IMG/VR virus record: IMGVR_UViG_2939142107_000001
Location: 1-64,000 of that record
Length of the DNA stretch: 64,000 nucleotides
Source: a virus
Taxonomy: Duplodnaviria > Heunggongvirae > Uroviricota > Caudoviricetes
Direction: 5' to 3' (one strand)
A model generated the notes under the pieces. The model was not told the origin of the DNA. It did no database searches and saw nothing but the letters and a program-made list of their open reading frames with translations. A program made the translations under genes and the position numbers. How positions within the stretch are numbered: position 1 is the first letter of the stretch; every line of letters starts with the position of its first letter. Positions 1-10,189 of this stretch are shown here, piece by piece.

Positions 1-861
1 ATGAATCAATCTTTTATCTCCGATATTCTTTACGCAGACATTGAAAGTAAGGCAAAAGAACTAACAGTTAATTCAAACAACACTGTGCAGCCTGTAGCGT
101 TGATGCGCTTGGGGGTATTCGTTCCGAAGCCATCAAAGAGCAAAGGAGAAAGTAAAGAGATTGATGCCACCAAAGCGTTTTCCCAGCTGGAGATAGCTAA
201 AGCCGAGGGTTACGATGATATTAAAATCACCGGTCCTCGACTCGATATGGATACTGATTTCAAAACGTGGATCGGTGTCATCTACGCGTTCAGCAAATAC
301 GGCTTGTCTTCAAACACCATCCAGTTATCGTTTCAGGAATTCGCTAAAGCCTGTGGTTTCCCCTCAAAACGTCTGGATGCGAAACTGCGTTTAACCATTC
401 ATGAATCACTTGGACGCTTGCGTAACAAGGGTATCGCTTTTAAGCGCGGAAAAGATGCTAAAGGCGGCTATCAGACTGGTCTGCTGAAGGTCGGGCGTTT
501 TGATGCTGACCTTGATCTGATAGAGCTGGAGGCTGATTCGAAGCTGTGGGAGCTGTTCCAGCTTGATTATCGCGTTCTGTTGCAACACCACGCCTTGCGT
601 GCCCTTCCGAAGAAAGAAGCTGCACAAGCCATTTACACTTTCATCGAAAGCCTTCCGCAGAACCCGTTGCCGCTATCGTTCGCGCGAATCCGTGAGCGCC
701 TGGCTTTGCAGTCAGCTGTTGGCGAGCAAAACCGTATCATTAAGAAAGCGATAGAACAGCTTAAAACAATCGGCTATCTCGACTGTTCAATTGAGAAGAA
801 AGGCCGGGAAAGTTTTGTAATCGTCCATTCTCGCAATCCAAAGCTGAAACTCCCCGAATAA
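1..861 (+). CDS. repA: Plasmid replication initiator RepA (iteron-binding, P1 R-replicon type)
   Basis: ATG at 1; 286-aa ORF ending ...NPKLKLPE, followed directly by an iteron array and then parA/parB. Size and neighbourhood match P1 RepA (recalled). The origin upstream of repA lies outside the window. Confidence 0.88.
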   Translation: MNQSFISDILYADIESKAKELTVNSNNTVQPVALMRLGVFVPKPSKSKGESKEIDATKAFSQLEIAKAEGYDDIKITGPRLDMDTDFKTWIGVIYAFSKYGLSSNTIQLSFQEFAKACGFPSKRLDAKLRLTIHESLGRLRNKGIAFKRGKDAKGGYQTGLLKVGRFDADLDLIELEADSKLWELFQLDYRVLLQHHALRALPKKEAAQAIYTFIESLPQNPLPLSFARIRERLALQSAVGEQNRIIKKAIEQLKTIGYLDCSIEKKGRESFVIVHSRNPKLKLPE

Positions 862-1146
862 GTGTGCGCTGGAGGGCAGCTGCATTCAAAAAATGTGTGC
901 TGCCGGGAAGGCTTGTCTAATTTCCCGTTTTTGATGTGCGCTGGAGGGGGATGCCCCGCAGTTTGCCAAGACTTTCCCTCCAGCACACATCTGTCCACCC
1001 GTTTTTCCCTCCAGTGCACATGTAATTATCTGCCTTTCCCTCCAGCACACATATTTGATACCAGCGATCCCTCCACAGCACATAATTCAATGCGACTTCC
1101 CTCTATCGCACATCTTAGACTTTTATTCTCCCTCCAGCACACATCG
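861..1146. repeat. incA-type iteron array: about 9 copies of a ~19-bp RepA-binding repeat (core TGTGCGCTGGAGGG / CCCTCCAGCACACAT), 3 in one orientation then 6 in the other
   Basis: Read directly: copies at 861-876, 891-911 (degenerate), 933-948, then inverted copies at 976-991, 1007-1023, 1038-1054, 1069-1086, 1098-1115 (degenerate), 1130-1146. Position right after repA matches the P1 copy-control locus. Confidence 0.85.
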
Positions 1147-1418
1147 ATGCTGCCGGGCAAGCCGTTCTCACCAGTTGATAGAGAGTGAAGCCTTGCTGCC
1201 CGTTGAAGCAGGAAATCACCAAAATGATTCAGGCTACAACCTGAACGTAGAAGAAATCCGCGTCGTTTATGCGTGGAGGATGCCAAAGCATGTTGTGACA
1301 CACCTGGCAAAGGAGTAAACATGCAGAGAATGCTATGTACAAGCATCTGCGCATACATTATTATTTTATGCAGCATTTTTAATTTAATTCAAAAATACAG
1401 CATAAAGGATGACTTTCG

Positions 1419-2615
1419 ATGAGTGATTCCAGCCAGCTTCACAAGGTTGCTCAAAGAGCAAACAGAATGCTCAATGTTCTGACTGAACAAGTACAGTTGC
1501 AAAAGGATGAGCTACACGCGAACGAGTTTTACCAGGTCTATGCGAAAGCGGCACTGGCAAAATTGCCTCTACTGACTCGTGCGAACGTTGACTATGCCGT
1601 AAGTGAAATGGAAGAAAAGGGTTATGTTTTCGATAAACGCCCTGCTGGCTCTTCAATGAAATATGCGATGTCAATTCAGAACATCATCGACATATATGAA
1701 CATCGCGGAGTGCCAAAATACCGGGATCGCTACAGCGAAGCGTATGTGATTTTCATCTCCAATCTTAAAGGCGGTGTGTCAAAAACTGTATCGACGGTTT
1801 CTCTGGCGCATGCAATGCGTGCTCACCCTCATCTTCTGATGGAAGATTTAAGGATTCTGGTTATTGACCTTGATCCGCAATCTTCAGCAACGATGTTTTT
1901 AAGCCATAAACACTCTATTGGTATCGTAAACGCAACATCTGCACAGGCTATGTTGCAGAATGTAAGCCGTGAAGAGCTGTTAGAGGAGTTTATTGTTCCT
2001 TCTGTTGTACCTGGGGTTGACGTTATGCCTGCGTCGATTGACGATGCCTTTATTGCATCCGATTGGAGAGAGCTGTGCAATGAGCATCTACCGGGTCAGA
2101 ACATCCATGCAGTACTGAAAGAAAATGTGATTGATAAGCTGAAGAGCGATTATGACTTTATCCTCGTTGATAGTGGTCCTCACCTTGACGCCTTCCTGAA
2201 AAATGCTTTGGCCTCGGCCAATATATTGTTTACACCTCTGCCGCCTGCAACGGTTGATTTCCACTCATCGCTTAAATACGTTGCCCGTCTTCCTGAGTTG
2301 GTGAAACTCATTTCGGATGAAGGCTGCGAGTGTCAGCTTGCAACTAACATTGGTTTTATGTCCAAGTTGAGTAACAAGGCAGACCATAAGTATTGCCATA
2401 GCCTGGCTAAAGAAGTGTTCGGTGGGGATATGCTTGATGTTGTCCTCCCTCGCCTTGACGGTTTTGAACGCTGCGGCGAGTCTTTTGACACTGTTATTTC
2501 AGCTAACCCGGCAACGTATGTTGGTAGTGCTGATGCATTGAAGAACGCGCGAATTGCTGCGGAAGATTTTGCTAAAGCAGTTTTTGACCGTATTGAATTT
2601 ATCAGATCTAACTGA
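1419..2615 (+). CDS. parA: Partition ATPase ParA (type Ia)
   Basis: 398-aa ORF with RBS AAAGGA; deviant Walker A (ISNLKGGVSKT); sits between repA and parB. Size matches P1 ParA. Confidence 0.9.
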   Translation: MSDSSQLHKVAQRANRMLNVLTEQVQLQKDELHANEFYQVYAKAALAKLPLLTRANVDYAVSEMEEKGYVFDKRPAGSSMKYAMSIQNIIDIYEHRGVPKYRDRYSEAYVIFISNLKGGVSKTVSTVSLAHAMRAHPHLLMEDLRILVIDLDPQSSATMFLSHKHSIGIVNATSAQAMLQNVSREELLEEFIVPSVVPGVDVMPASIDDAFIASDWRELCNEHLPGQNIHAVLKENVIDKLKSDYDFILVDSGPHLDAFLKNALASANILFTPLPPATVDFHSSLKYVARLPELVKLISDEGCECQLATNIGFMSKLSNKADHKYCHSLAKEVFGGDMLDVVLPRLDGFERCGESFDTVISANPATYVGSADALKNARIAAEDFAKAVFDRIEFIRSN

Positions 2616-2631
2616 GGAGTAAGAAACCCCC

Positions 2632-3633
2632 ATGTCAAAGAAAAACAGACCAACAATTGGGCGAACCCTTAATCCTTCAATATTAAGCGGATTTGATAGT
2701 TCTTCATCCTCTGGCGATCGAGTCGAGCAGGTATTCAAGTTATCAACTGGTCGCCAGGCCACATTTATTGAAGAGGTAATACCTCCGAACCAGGTAGAAA
2801 GCGATACCTTTGTTGATCAGCATAACAACGGGCGTGACCAGGCATCTCTTACGCCAAAATCATTAAAAAGTATCCGAAGCACTATTAAGCATCAGCAATT
2901 TTACCCTGCAATAGGTGTTAGACGGGCTACAGGGAAAATTGAAATTTTGGATGGTTCCCGGCGTCGAGCTTCTGCCATCTTAGAGAACGTAGGGTTGCGG
3001 GTTTTAGTCACGGACCAGGAGATCAACGTTCAGGAAGCGCAAAATTTAGCGAAAGACGTTCAGACAGCATTGCAGCACAGCATTCGAGAAATAGGTCTGC
3101 GTTTGATGCGAATGAAAAATGATGGGATGAGTCAGAAGGATATTGCAGCCAAGGAAGGGCTGTCTCAGGCGAAAGTCACGCGTGCTCTCCAGGCAGCGAG
3201 TGCTCCGGAAGAATTAGTCGCCCTTTTCCCTGTGCAGTCGGAATTAACCTTTTCGGACTACAAAACGCTTTGTGCTGTTGGCGACGAAATGGGGAACAAG
3301 AATTTAGAGTTTGATCAGCTTATTCAAAACATATCCCCGGAAATAAACGACATCTTATCCATTGAAGAAATGGCCGAAGATGAAGTTAAAAATAAAATCC
3401 TGCGCTTGATAACAAAGGAAGCCTCACTACTCACGGATAAAGGTTCTAAAGATAAGTCCGTAGTTACTGAATTATGGAAATTTGAGGACAAGGATCGCTT
3501 TGCAAGGAAGCGCGTGAAAGGCCGTGCATTTTCTTATGAGTTTAATCGACTTTCAAAAGAGCTACAGGAAGAACTCGACAGGATGATTGGGCATATCCTT
3601 AGAAAGAGCCTCGATAAAAAGCCGAAGCCTTAA
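2632..3633 (+). CDS. parB: Partition centromere-binding protein ParB
   Basis: 333-aa ORF with RBS GAGGAG, immediately downstream of parA and followed by parS boxes. Size matches P1 ParB. Confidence 0.9.
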   Translation: MSKKNRPTIGRTLNPSILSGFDSSSSSGDRVEQVFKLSTGRQATFIEEVIPPNQVESDTFVDQHNNGRDQASLTPKSLKSIRSTIKHQQFYPAIGVRRATGKIEILDGSRRRASAILENVGLRVLVTDQEINVQEAQNLAKDVQTALQHSIREIGLRLMRMKNDGMSQKDIAAKEGLSQAKVTRALQAASAPEELVALFPVQSELTFSDYKTLCAVGDEMGNKNLEFDQLIQNISPEINDILSIEEMAEDEVKNKILRLITKEASLLTDKGSKDKSVVTELWKFEDKDRFARKRVKGRAFSYEFNRLSKELQEELDRMIGHILRKSLDKKPKP

Positions 3634-3637
3634 ACTT

Positions 3638-3725
3638 TCGCCATTCAAATTCCACTATTAACCTACTGTTTTTAAAGTAAATCCATCTAAAATTTCAAGG
3701 TGAAATCGCCACGATTTCACCTTGG
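3638..3725. other. parS: parS partition centromere (ParB box B TCGCCA and box A ATTTCAC motifs around an AT-rich core)
   Basis: TCGCCA at 3638-3643; ATTTCAAGGTGAAATCGCCACGATTTCACCTTGG at 3692-3725 holds heptamer box A and hexamer box B in the arrangement known for P1 parS. Confidence 0.75.
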
Positions 3726-3787
3726 ATTTTACCTTCCTCCCCTACTCCCGAAAAAAATAAAAAAATTGCTTGTCACGAGAAAGTCAA

Positions 3788-3816
3788 CAAGTGACTTTCA
3801 ATAAAATCTCTTCCGA
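3788..3816 (+). promoter_or_regulatory. Candidate phage late promoter: inverted repeat AAAGTCA-N5-TGACTTT followed by a -10-like TAAAAT, upstream of the capsid gene
   Basis: Inverted repeat read directly. P1 late (Lpa-dependent) promoters carry an inverted repeat in place of a -35 box (recalled); exact consensus not verified. Confidence 0.3.
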
Positions 3817-3858
3817 AAAGGGATTCACACAAGTGCCTTGTGTTTAAGGAAGAGTAAA

Positions 3859-5565
3859 TTGAGTAACTTACGCGAATACCAGAATCGTATTGCAGATATC
3901 GCAAAACGCTCTAAAGCTGTGCTTGGCTGGGCAAGCACTGCGCAGTTCGGTACTGATAACCAATTCATTAAAGATGATGCCGCGCGTGCCGCATCTATCC
4001 TTGAAGCTGCACGTAAAGACCCAATTTTTGCGGGTATCTCTGATAATGCCACCGCTCAAATCGCTACAGCGTGGGCAAGTGCACTGGCTGACTACGCCGC
4101 AACACATAAATCTATGCCACGTCCGGAAATTCTGGCCTCCTGCCACCAGACGCTGGAAAACTGCCTGATTGAGTCCACCCGCAATAGCATGGATGCCACC
4201 AATAAAGCGATGCTGGAATCAGTCGCGGCAGAGATGATGAGTGTTTCTGACGGGGTTATGCGTCTGCCTTTATTCCTGGCGATGATCCTGCCTGTTCAGT
4301 TGGGGGCAGCTACCGCTGATGCGTGTACATTCATTCCGGTTACGCGTGACAAGTCCGAAATCTATGAAATCTTTAACGTAGCGGGTTCTTCTTTTGGCTC
4401 TTATGCTATTGGTGATGTTCTGGACATGCAATCCGTTGGCGTGTACAGCCAGTTGCGCCGCCGCTATGTGCTGGTTGCAAGCTCCGACGGCACCAGCAAA
4501 ACTGCAACCTTCAAGATGGAAGATGTCGAAGGTCAGAATGTCCCGATTCGCAAAGGTCGCACAAACATCTACGTTAACCGTATTAAGTCTGTTGTTGATA
4601 ACGGCTCCGGCACTCTGCTTCACACATTCAATAACAAAGCAGGCGAACAAATCACTGTTACTTGCTCTTTGAATTACAACGTTGGTCAGATTGCCCTGTC
4701 GTTCTCCAAAGCGCCGGATAAAGGCACTGAGATCGCCATTGAGGTGGAGATCAATATAGAAGCAGCTCCTGAGCTGATCCCACTTATCAACCACGAAATG
4801 AAGAGTTACACCCTGTTCCCAAACCAGTTCGTCATCGCGGCTGAGCACACGGTACAGGCGGCGTATGAAGCACAGCGTGAATTTGGTCTGGATCTTGGCT
4901 CCCTACAGTTCCGCACCCTGAAGGAATACCTGTCCCATGAGCAAGATATGCTTCGTCTTCGTATCATGATTTGGCGAACTCTTGCGACCGACTCCTTTGA
5001 TATTGCACTGCCAGCTAACCAGTCCTTTGATGTGTGGGCAACCATCATTCGAGGCAAATTCCAGACGGTATATCGCGGTATTATTGAGCGTATTAAATCT
5101 TCTGGTGCGATGGGGATGTATGCCGGTGCTGATGCGGCATCTTTCTTCAAACAATTGCCGAAGGATTTCTTCCAGCCAGCAGAAGATTACATCCAGACCC
5201 CATACGTCCACTACATTGGCACTCTGTTCGGCAACGTCAAAGTGTTCGAAGTACCAGAAGGTATTTGTACGAACCTGACCGCCGACGGTATCCAGTTCAG
5301 CCCAATGGATGTGCTGTGCTACGTCCGTGATGAAAATCCGGGCAAAGCGGGCTTCGTAACTGGTGATGCAGTCCCGGCTGTCCCATTCCAGCATCCGACC
5401 ACCCCGGCACTAGTCAACCGAACCACTCTGTGGGGTTCGGCTATCAACGATATGCACCCACGTAACGGCGCTGACTACTTCACGCGTGTAACTCTGACTA
5501 TGGCCAAAAATGGCGGAATTAACTTCCTGACCGGTAACATGATTGATGCCGGTGACTCTGAGTAA
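3859..5565 (+). CDS. Major virion structural protein, probable major head protein (P1 gene 23 position)
   Basis: Long ORF; likely start is in-frame TTG at 3859, preceded by RBS AAGGAAGAG (the ORF track starts at TTG 3838). About 568 aa, next to parS as in P1. Function from synteny and size only. Confidence 0.5.
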   Translation: MSNLREYQNRIADIAKRSKAVLGWASTAQFGTDNQFIKDDAARAASILEAARKDPIFAGISDNATAQIATAWASALADYAATHKSMPRPEILASCHQTLENCLIESTRNSMDATNKAMLESVAAEMMSVSDGVMRLPLFLAMILPVQLGAATADACTFIPVTRDKSEIYEIFNVAGSSFGSYAIGDVLDMQSVGVYSQLRRRYVLVASSDGTSKTATFKMEDVEGQNVPIRKGRTNIYVNRIKSVVDNGSGTLLHTFNNKAGEQITVTCSLNYNVGQIALSFSKAPDKGTEIAIEVEINIEAAPELIPLINHEMKSYTLFPNQFVIAAEHTVQAAYEAQREFGLDLGSLQFRTLKEYLSHEQDMLRLRIMIWRTLATDSFDIALPANQSFDVWATIIRGKFQTVYRGIIERIKSSGAMGMYAGADAASFFKQLPKDFFQPAEDYIQTPYVHYIGTLFGNVKVFEVPEGICTNLTADGIQFSPMDVLCYVRDENPGKAGFVTGDAVPAVPFQHPTTPALVNRTTLWGSAINDMHPRNGADYFTRVTLTMAKNGGINFLTGNMIDAGDSE

Positions 5566-5590
5566 GCACGGGAAGTTCTCCGTTTAACAT

Positions 5591-5609
5591 AGCGCCCCCG
5601 TGCGGGGCG
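5591..5609 (+). other. GC-rich stem-loop (GCGCCCC-GTG-CGGGGCGC) between head and sheath genes, no T-run
   Basis: Read directly; possible processing or attenuation hairpin. Confidence 0.3.
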
Positions 5610-5625
5610 CATAACAGGGAAAGTT

Positions 5626-7215
5626 ATGTCTCAATATTCAATTCAACAGTCATTAGGTAATGCATCCAGCGTCGCGGTTAGCCCGATCAATGCCGATGCG
5701 ACGTTATCTACCGGTGTTGCATTAAATAGCAGCTTATGGGCTGGTATTGGCGTATTTGCGCGTGGCAAGCCGTTTACTGTTCTTGCGGTTACTGAGTCCA
5801 ATTACGAAGATGTTCTCGGCGAACCGCTGAAGCCGTCTTCCGGCTCACAGTTCGAACCAATTCGCCATGTGTACGAAGCTATTCAGCAAACGTCTGGTTA
5901 TGTTGTCCGTGCTGTTCCGGATGATGCGAAGTTCCCGATTATTATGTTCGATGAATCAGGCGAACCGGCTTACAGTGCGTTGCCATACGGTTCTGAAATT
6001 GAACTTGATAGCGGCGAAGCCTTTGCTATCTACGTTGATGATGGTGATCCGTGTATTTCACCTACCCGTGAGTTAACCATCGAAACGGCAACAGCGGACA
6101 GCGCGAGTAATGAACGCTTCATCTTAAAACTGACCCAGACGACTTCGCTTGGTGTGGTAACGACCCTGGAGACACACACTGTGTCTTTGGCGGAAGAAGC
6201 GAAAGATGACATGGGCCGCTTGTGTTATCTGCCTACGGCTCTGGAAGCTCGTTCTAAATATCTGCGCGCGGTTGTTAATGAAGATCTGATTTCTACAGCG
6301 AAAGTAACAAACAAAAAATCGTTGGCGTTCACTGGTGGTACCAACGGTGATCAGTCGAAAATCTCAACCGCTGCGTACCTGCGTGCGGTGAAAGTGCTGA
6401 ACAATGCGCCGTACATGTACACCGCTGTTCTTGGCCTGGGCTGCTATGACAATGCGGCTATCACCGCATTAGGTAAAATCTGTGCAGATCGCCTGATTGA
6501 TGGCTTCTTTGATGTCAAACCGACATTAAGGTACGCAGAAGCACTAACAGCTGTTGAGGGTACCGGTTTACTTGGTACCGATTATGTAAGCTGTTCTGTC
6601 TATCACTACCCGTTCTCCTGCAAAGACAAATGGACCCAATCCCGTGTGGTCTTCGGTCTGTCTGGCGCGGCGTATGCGGCGAAAGCTCGTGGCGTCAAGA
6701 AAAACTCTGATGTCGGCGGTTGGCATTACTCACCGGCTGGTGAAGAACGTGCCGTCATTGCTCGTGCGTCAATTCAACCGCTGTATCCGGAAGATACCCC
6801 GGACGAAGAAGCAATGGTCAAGGGCCGTCTCAATAAAGTATCTGTTGGCACCTCTGGCCAGATGATCATCGACGATGCTTTAACTTGCTGCACGCAGGAT
6901 AACTATCTGCACTTCCAGCACGTCCCATCCCTGATGAATGCAATCAGCCGTTTCTTTGTCCAGTTAGCCCGACAGATGAAGCATAGCCCGGACGGTATTA
7001 CTGCGGCTGGCCTGACTAAAGGGATGACCAAACTTTTAGATCGCTTTGTCGCCTCCGGCGCTCTGGTGGCTCCTCGTGATCCCGATGCTGACGGTACAGA
7101 ACCGTATGTGCTGAAAGTTACGCAGGCGGAATTCGATAAATGGGAAGTAGTCTGGGCCTGCTGCCCGACTGGCGTAGCCCGTCGTATCCAGGGCGTACCG
7201 CTGCTTATTAAGTAA
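5626..7215 (+). CDS. Contractile tail sheath protein (P1 gene 22 position)
   Basis: 529-aa ORF with RBS AGGGAAAG; size (~58 kDa) and position between the head gene and a tube-sized gene fit P1 sheath. Not verified by domain search. Confidence 0.5.
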   Translation: MSQYSIQQSLGNASSVAVSPINADATLSTGVALNSSLWAGIGVFARGKPFTVLAVTESNYEDVLGEPLKPSSGSQFEPIRHVYEAIQQTSGYVVRAVPDDAKFPIIMFDESGEPAYSALPYGSEIELDSGEAFAIYVDDGDPCISPTRELTIETATADSASNERFILKLTQTTSLGVVTTLETHTVSLAEEAKDDMGRLCYLPTALEARSKYLRAVVNEDLISTAKVTNKKSLAFTGGTNGDQSKISTAAYLRAVKVLNNAPYMYTAVLGLGCYDNAAITALGKICADRLIDGFFDVKPTLRYAEALTAVEGTGLLGTDYVSCSVYHYPFSCKDKWTQSRVVFGLSGAAYAAKARGVKKNSDVGGWHYSPAGEERAVIARASIQPLYPEDTPDEEAMVKGRLNKVSVGTSGQMIIDDALTCCTQDNYLHFQHVPSLMNAISRFFVQLARQMKHSPDGITAAGLTKGMTKLLDRFVASGALVAPRDPDADGTEPYVLKVTQAEFDKWEVVWACCPTGVARRIQGVPLLIK

Positions 7216-7224
7216 GGGAATACA

Positions 7225-8040
7225 ATGAGCAAAAACTTTTTTCAATCCGGGGCATTTTTGGGGAATGGACTGTCCCGTTTCGCTTTGAACTCTGATCCTG
7301 TGCAGCTGATGGAGTCTGCCCGAGCAAGCGCCGAACCGCCAACAGATCCGGTTATTAATAATAATCCGGAACCGGCGGCACAGACTAACGATAACGTTCC
7401 ATCTGCCCCGGCTCCAGAGCAAATCCTGGAAGGGAAAGACGGTAAAGAATGGACCGTCGAACAGGCGCACCAGATGATTCTGGAAGCTGCAAATCGAAGT
7501 GCTATGCAGAATGCGTTGAGTGATGCGGCCGACGCCGTTTTCTCCTGGGCTGATAGCGGTGATCTGACTTTCGACTCCCTTGATGGTTTCGTTCAGGCTA
7601 TCGCTGGTATCTCTGATGACGACGACTCCGAAGTTACAGAAGAACAGGACGATGCCTATAACGAAGCATGGGCAAATGTTGCTGACTTCCTCGCAGCATG
7701 CGGTGTAGATGATGACCTGATCGAAGCACTGGCTGACGATGAAGACGACGACGCAGCTGCTGATGTTGGTGCCTCTATCGCTGGTTTAGATAGCGACGAC
7801 CGTGATGAACTGGAAGCGGCGTTTGTTGTTGCTGGCACTTCTGATGAAATGCTGACTGAAGCATTTAAGAAGGTTGTTCGTAACGGTGAGATCAAACTCA
7901 TCCGTAAACGCCTGCGGAAAAAACGTCTGACTGCGGCTCAAAAATCGGCGCTGAAAAAAGCGCGTCGAAAAGCCCAGACCGGCGCGGCAAAACTTGCCCG
8001 CAAAAAGTCAATGAAACTGCGCCGTAAGCGCCTTGGCTAA
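7225..8040 (+). CDS. Hypothetical virion-associated protein: acidic Asp/Glu-rich body with a Lys/Arg-rich C-terminal tail
   Basis: 271-aa ORF, ATG at 7225 ten nt after the sheath stop; C-terminus KLIRKRLRKKRLTAAQKSALKKARRKAQTGAAKLARKKSMKLRRKRLG. Confidence 0.5.
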   Translation: MSKNFFQSGAFLGNGLSRFALNSDPVQLMESARASAEPPTDPVINNNPEPAAQTNDNVPSAPAPEQILEGKDGKEWTVEQAHQMILEAANRSAMQNALSDAADAVFSWADSGDLTFDSLDGFVQAIAGISDDDDSEVTEEQDDAYNEAWANVADFLAACGVDDDLIEALADDEDDDAAADVGASIAGLDSDDRDELEAAFVVAGTSDEMLTEAFKKVVRNGEIKLIRKRLRKKRLTAAQKSALKKARRKAQTGAAKLARKKSMKLRRKRLG

Positions 8041-8075
8041 AGGAGGAGGCCGGAGAACTCCGGCCTTTAACTTGA

Positions 8076-8657
8076 ATGGCACCTATACCTTATGGGGTTT
8101 ACAGCCAGGCTGATGGTGTATCGCCATTTCTGAAAGTTACTTTAACGAACTCTCAGTACCAGGTTACCGGATATATCAGCCAGGGGGCAGCAATGAACAT
8201 GGCCCAGAATTGGGAAGCGCCGTTTACCGGTATGTCCATGGGGTCTGTTGCTGGTGCTTTCAGTGGTTTTGCGCAGGTTGGTACTGAAACAACGTCGGTG
8301 GCCCGTTGGAACAGCTTAATGGTTTGGGAGGGGGGAACACCGCCGACTTTCACGCTGCCAGTAACTTTCATCGCTTTGTTTGACCCATTCACGGAGGTTT
8401 CAGGAGCTATCGCCGCATTGTCAGCGATGATTAGCCCGGAACTTAAAGATGCCAGTATTGGTGGTCGAATCCCGGAGCGTGTGACGCTAAACATTGGTCG
8501 CCGGATCAACATCATTGATGTCGCTATCCAGGACATAAGTTTCGATCTCGATGCACCCAGGGACAGCAATGGGCATTTCCTGAAAAACACCGTCAACCTC
8601 CAGTTGACCGGTTCTTCGATATATAACAGCTCCGATATTGTTCGGGCGTTCCAGTAA
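8076..8657 (+). CDS. Tail tube-sized structural protein (P1 gene 21 position)
   Basis: 193-aa ORF downstream of the sheath gene; assignment by size and synteny only. Confidence 0.4.
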   Translation: MAPIPYGVYSQADGVSPFLKVTLTNSQYQVTGYISQGAAMNMAQNWEAPFTGMSMGSVAGAFSGFAQVGTETTSVARWNSLMVWEGGTPPTFTLPVTFIALFDPFTEVSGAIAALSAMISPELKDASIGGRIPERVTLNIGRRINIIDVAIQDISFDLDAPRDSNGHFLKNTVNLQLTGSSIYNSSDIVRAFQ

Positions 8658-8668
8658 AAGGATTTTAT

Positions 8669-9178
8669 ATGGGGCACAATAACACTAAGGGAAACCGTAA
8701 ATTTATTAAGGGCCGCTATACTGCCAACGCGGCCAAAGGCGAACGACTGGTATCTTCTGAATTCCAGCTCACTTTTGCAGGCCATGAAGATATCAGCGTA
8801 CTGGTTCGCACGTCGCAAATTCCTGAAATGACCCGCGAGGATGTGGAGGACTATGGTCCGAATGGTGTGAAGTTCAACCAGCACGGTCCAATTCGAAACT
8901 CTGGGGAAATCCAGGTCCAGTGCGTGGAGACTATCGAAGGCGATATTCTTCAGTTCATTAAAGATCGCATTGCGGCGAAGGACTATGTTGATATCACGAT
9001 GGCTGCGACCCCTGAATCCAAATCTTCCGGGGTTAACGCTGTGACAAAAGCTGCTACAACAATTGAAATGTTGGACTGCAAAATCTACAGTGATGCAATC
9101 GACTTTAGTACCGAAGATGTGACTGCCGCTGTGCGCCCGTCACTTCGTATCGTTTACAACTGGATTGAGTGGGATTAA
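8669..9178 (+). CDS. Structural/morphogenetic protein (last gene of the head-tail operon)
   Basis: 169-aa ORF with RBS AAAGGA; followed by an intrinsic terminator. Confidence 0.45.
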   Translation: MGHNNTKGNRKFIKGRYTANAAKGERLVSSEFQLTFAGHEDISVLVRTSQIPEMTREDVEDYGPNGVKFNQHGPIRNSGEIQVQCVETIEGDILQFIKDRIAAKDYVDITMAATPESKSSGVNAVTKAATTIEMLDCKIYSDAIDFSTEDVTAAVRPSLRIVYNWIEWD

Positions 9179-9197
9179 GAGTCATCCCTTGTATTTT

Positions 9198-9222
9198 AAA
9201 GCTCCTTCGGGAGCTTTTTTGT
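9198..9222 (+). terminator. Rho-independent terminator (AAAGCTCC-TTCG-GGAGCTTT + T-run)
   Basis: Perfect 8-bp stem with tetraloop followed by TTTTTTGT, read directly. Confidence 0.65.
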
Positions 9223-9261
9223 GCTTAAATTATGCCGGTATAGATAGATTTTGAGCATGTT

Positions 9262-9558
9262 ATGGAAATTGATTTTTCATACTCTCCTGAGACGATAGAA
9301 AGAAGATTCGAAATAATTGGATGCATAACTATTTCAGATGAGCATTATTGGGTTCTCTATGATGCCAATACATGGTTATGTGCCTTAGCAGAATGTCAGC
9401 CATCGTTATGTGTAGGGGAGGGGGCTTTTCGACATAAGGTGCTGGCTACACTTGAAGTGAACACGTTACGATATTGGTGTGTAGAAATACTTAGTGATAA
9501 CAAAGAATTGCATTTATTATTGCTGAATAAGTGTGCTTCTCTGCGCAGAAAAGCATGA
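9262..9558 (+). CDS. Hypothetical small protein (98 aa), AT-rich
   Basis: ORF with ATG start; no recognisable motifs. Confidence 0.3.
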   Translation: MEIDFSYSPETIERRFEIIGCITISDEHYWVLYDANTWLCALAECQPSLCVGEGAFRHKVLATLEVNTLRYWCVEILSDNKELHLLLLNKCASLRRKA

Positions 9559-9724
9559 GAAAACCCAACCGCTCTCCAGGAATTATCAGAAGAATATATG
9601 CGGAAAGTTATAGCTAGCTATTGAAAAGCTAAAGTAGATCGGTTAGATTTGCCTTACTCATCTACCATGTGTAGAAAGAGCGATCGAACCCGATACATAG
9701 CAATATGTGTCGGGTTCAGCTTTT

Positions 9725-10189
9725 TTATGTCCCAAGTGCTCTTTTTCTGCTTTGTTTGAGTGTTCTGATTTTACTGTCATAGGTTACAACATAGGCTGTT
9801 TTGAGAAGCCAATAGTCTCTACGTGCGGATAGCACAACAACGTAGTTTTCACACTCATTCCAGATTACCCACTCTTCAGTTGGTCCTCGTCTTTCAGACC
9901 AACATGATATATCGCAATGGTTATAATTCCTTATCATATGCGCGATCCAGCGAATTCGCTTGCACCGTTCAAGATCGGGTATACGTTCTTCTTCTTTTTT
10001 TCCCTCTGATACTAAATGCCAAAATCCGAACTCTTTCCCATCATATTCCGGTGAATAACGTAATCGAACAGGGAGACCCTTAAACGTTATATTAGAGATT
10101 AAAATGTCTTCTCTGACAACATCATATACATCGTCTATATACTCTTGCCAACTTCCATTGAAGTACAATAAATCTGGCATTTGAAGCAT
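9725..10189 (-). CDS. Hypothetical protein, distal gene of the kilA-repL operon (P1 rlfB position)
   Basis: Start ATG at 10189 overlaps the upstream stop (TGATG), indicating translational coupling. AT-rich. Confidence 0.5.
   Translation of the reverse strand: MLQMPDLLYFNGSWQEYIDDVYDVVREDILISNITFKGLPVRLRYSPEYDGKEFGFWHLVSEGKKEEERIPDLERCKRIRWIAHMIRNYNHCDISCWSERRGPTEEWVIWNECENYVVVLSARRDYWLLKTAYVVTYDSKIRTLKQSRKRALGT

Noticed and set aside
861-1146. Array of short direct and inverted repeats that could be read as a CRISPR-like or mini-satellite array
   Set aside because: The units are ~19 bp with no unique spacers, occur in both orientations and sit directly after repA; they are plasmid copy-control iterons.
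3838-3858. Upstream alternative start (TTG at 3838) for the capsid-like gene
   Set aside because: The in-frame TTG at 3859 has a well-spaced AAGGAAGAG ribosome-binding site; the 3838 start lacks one.
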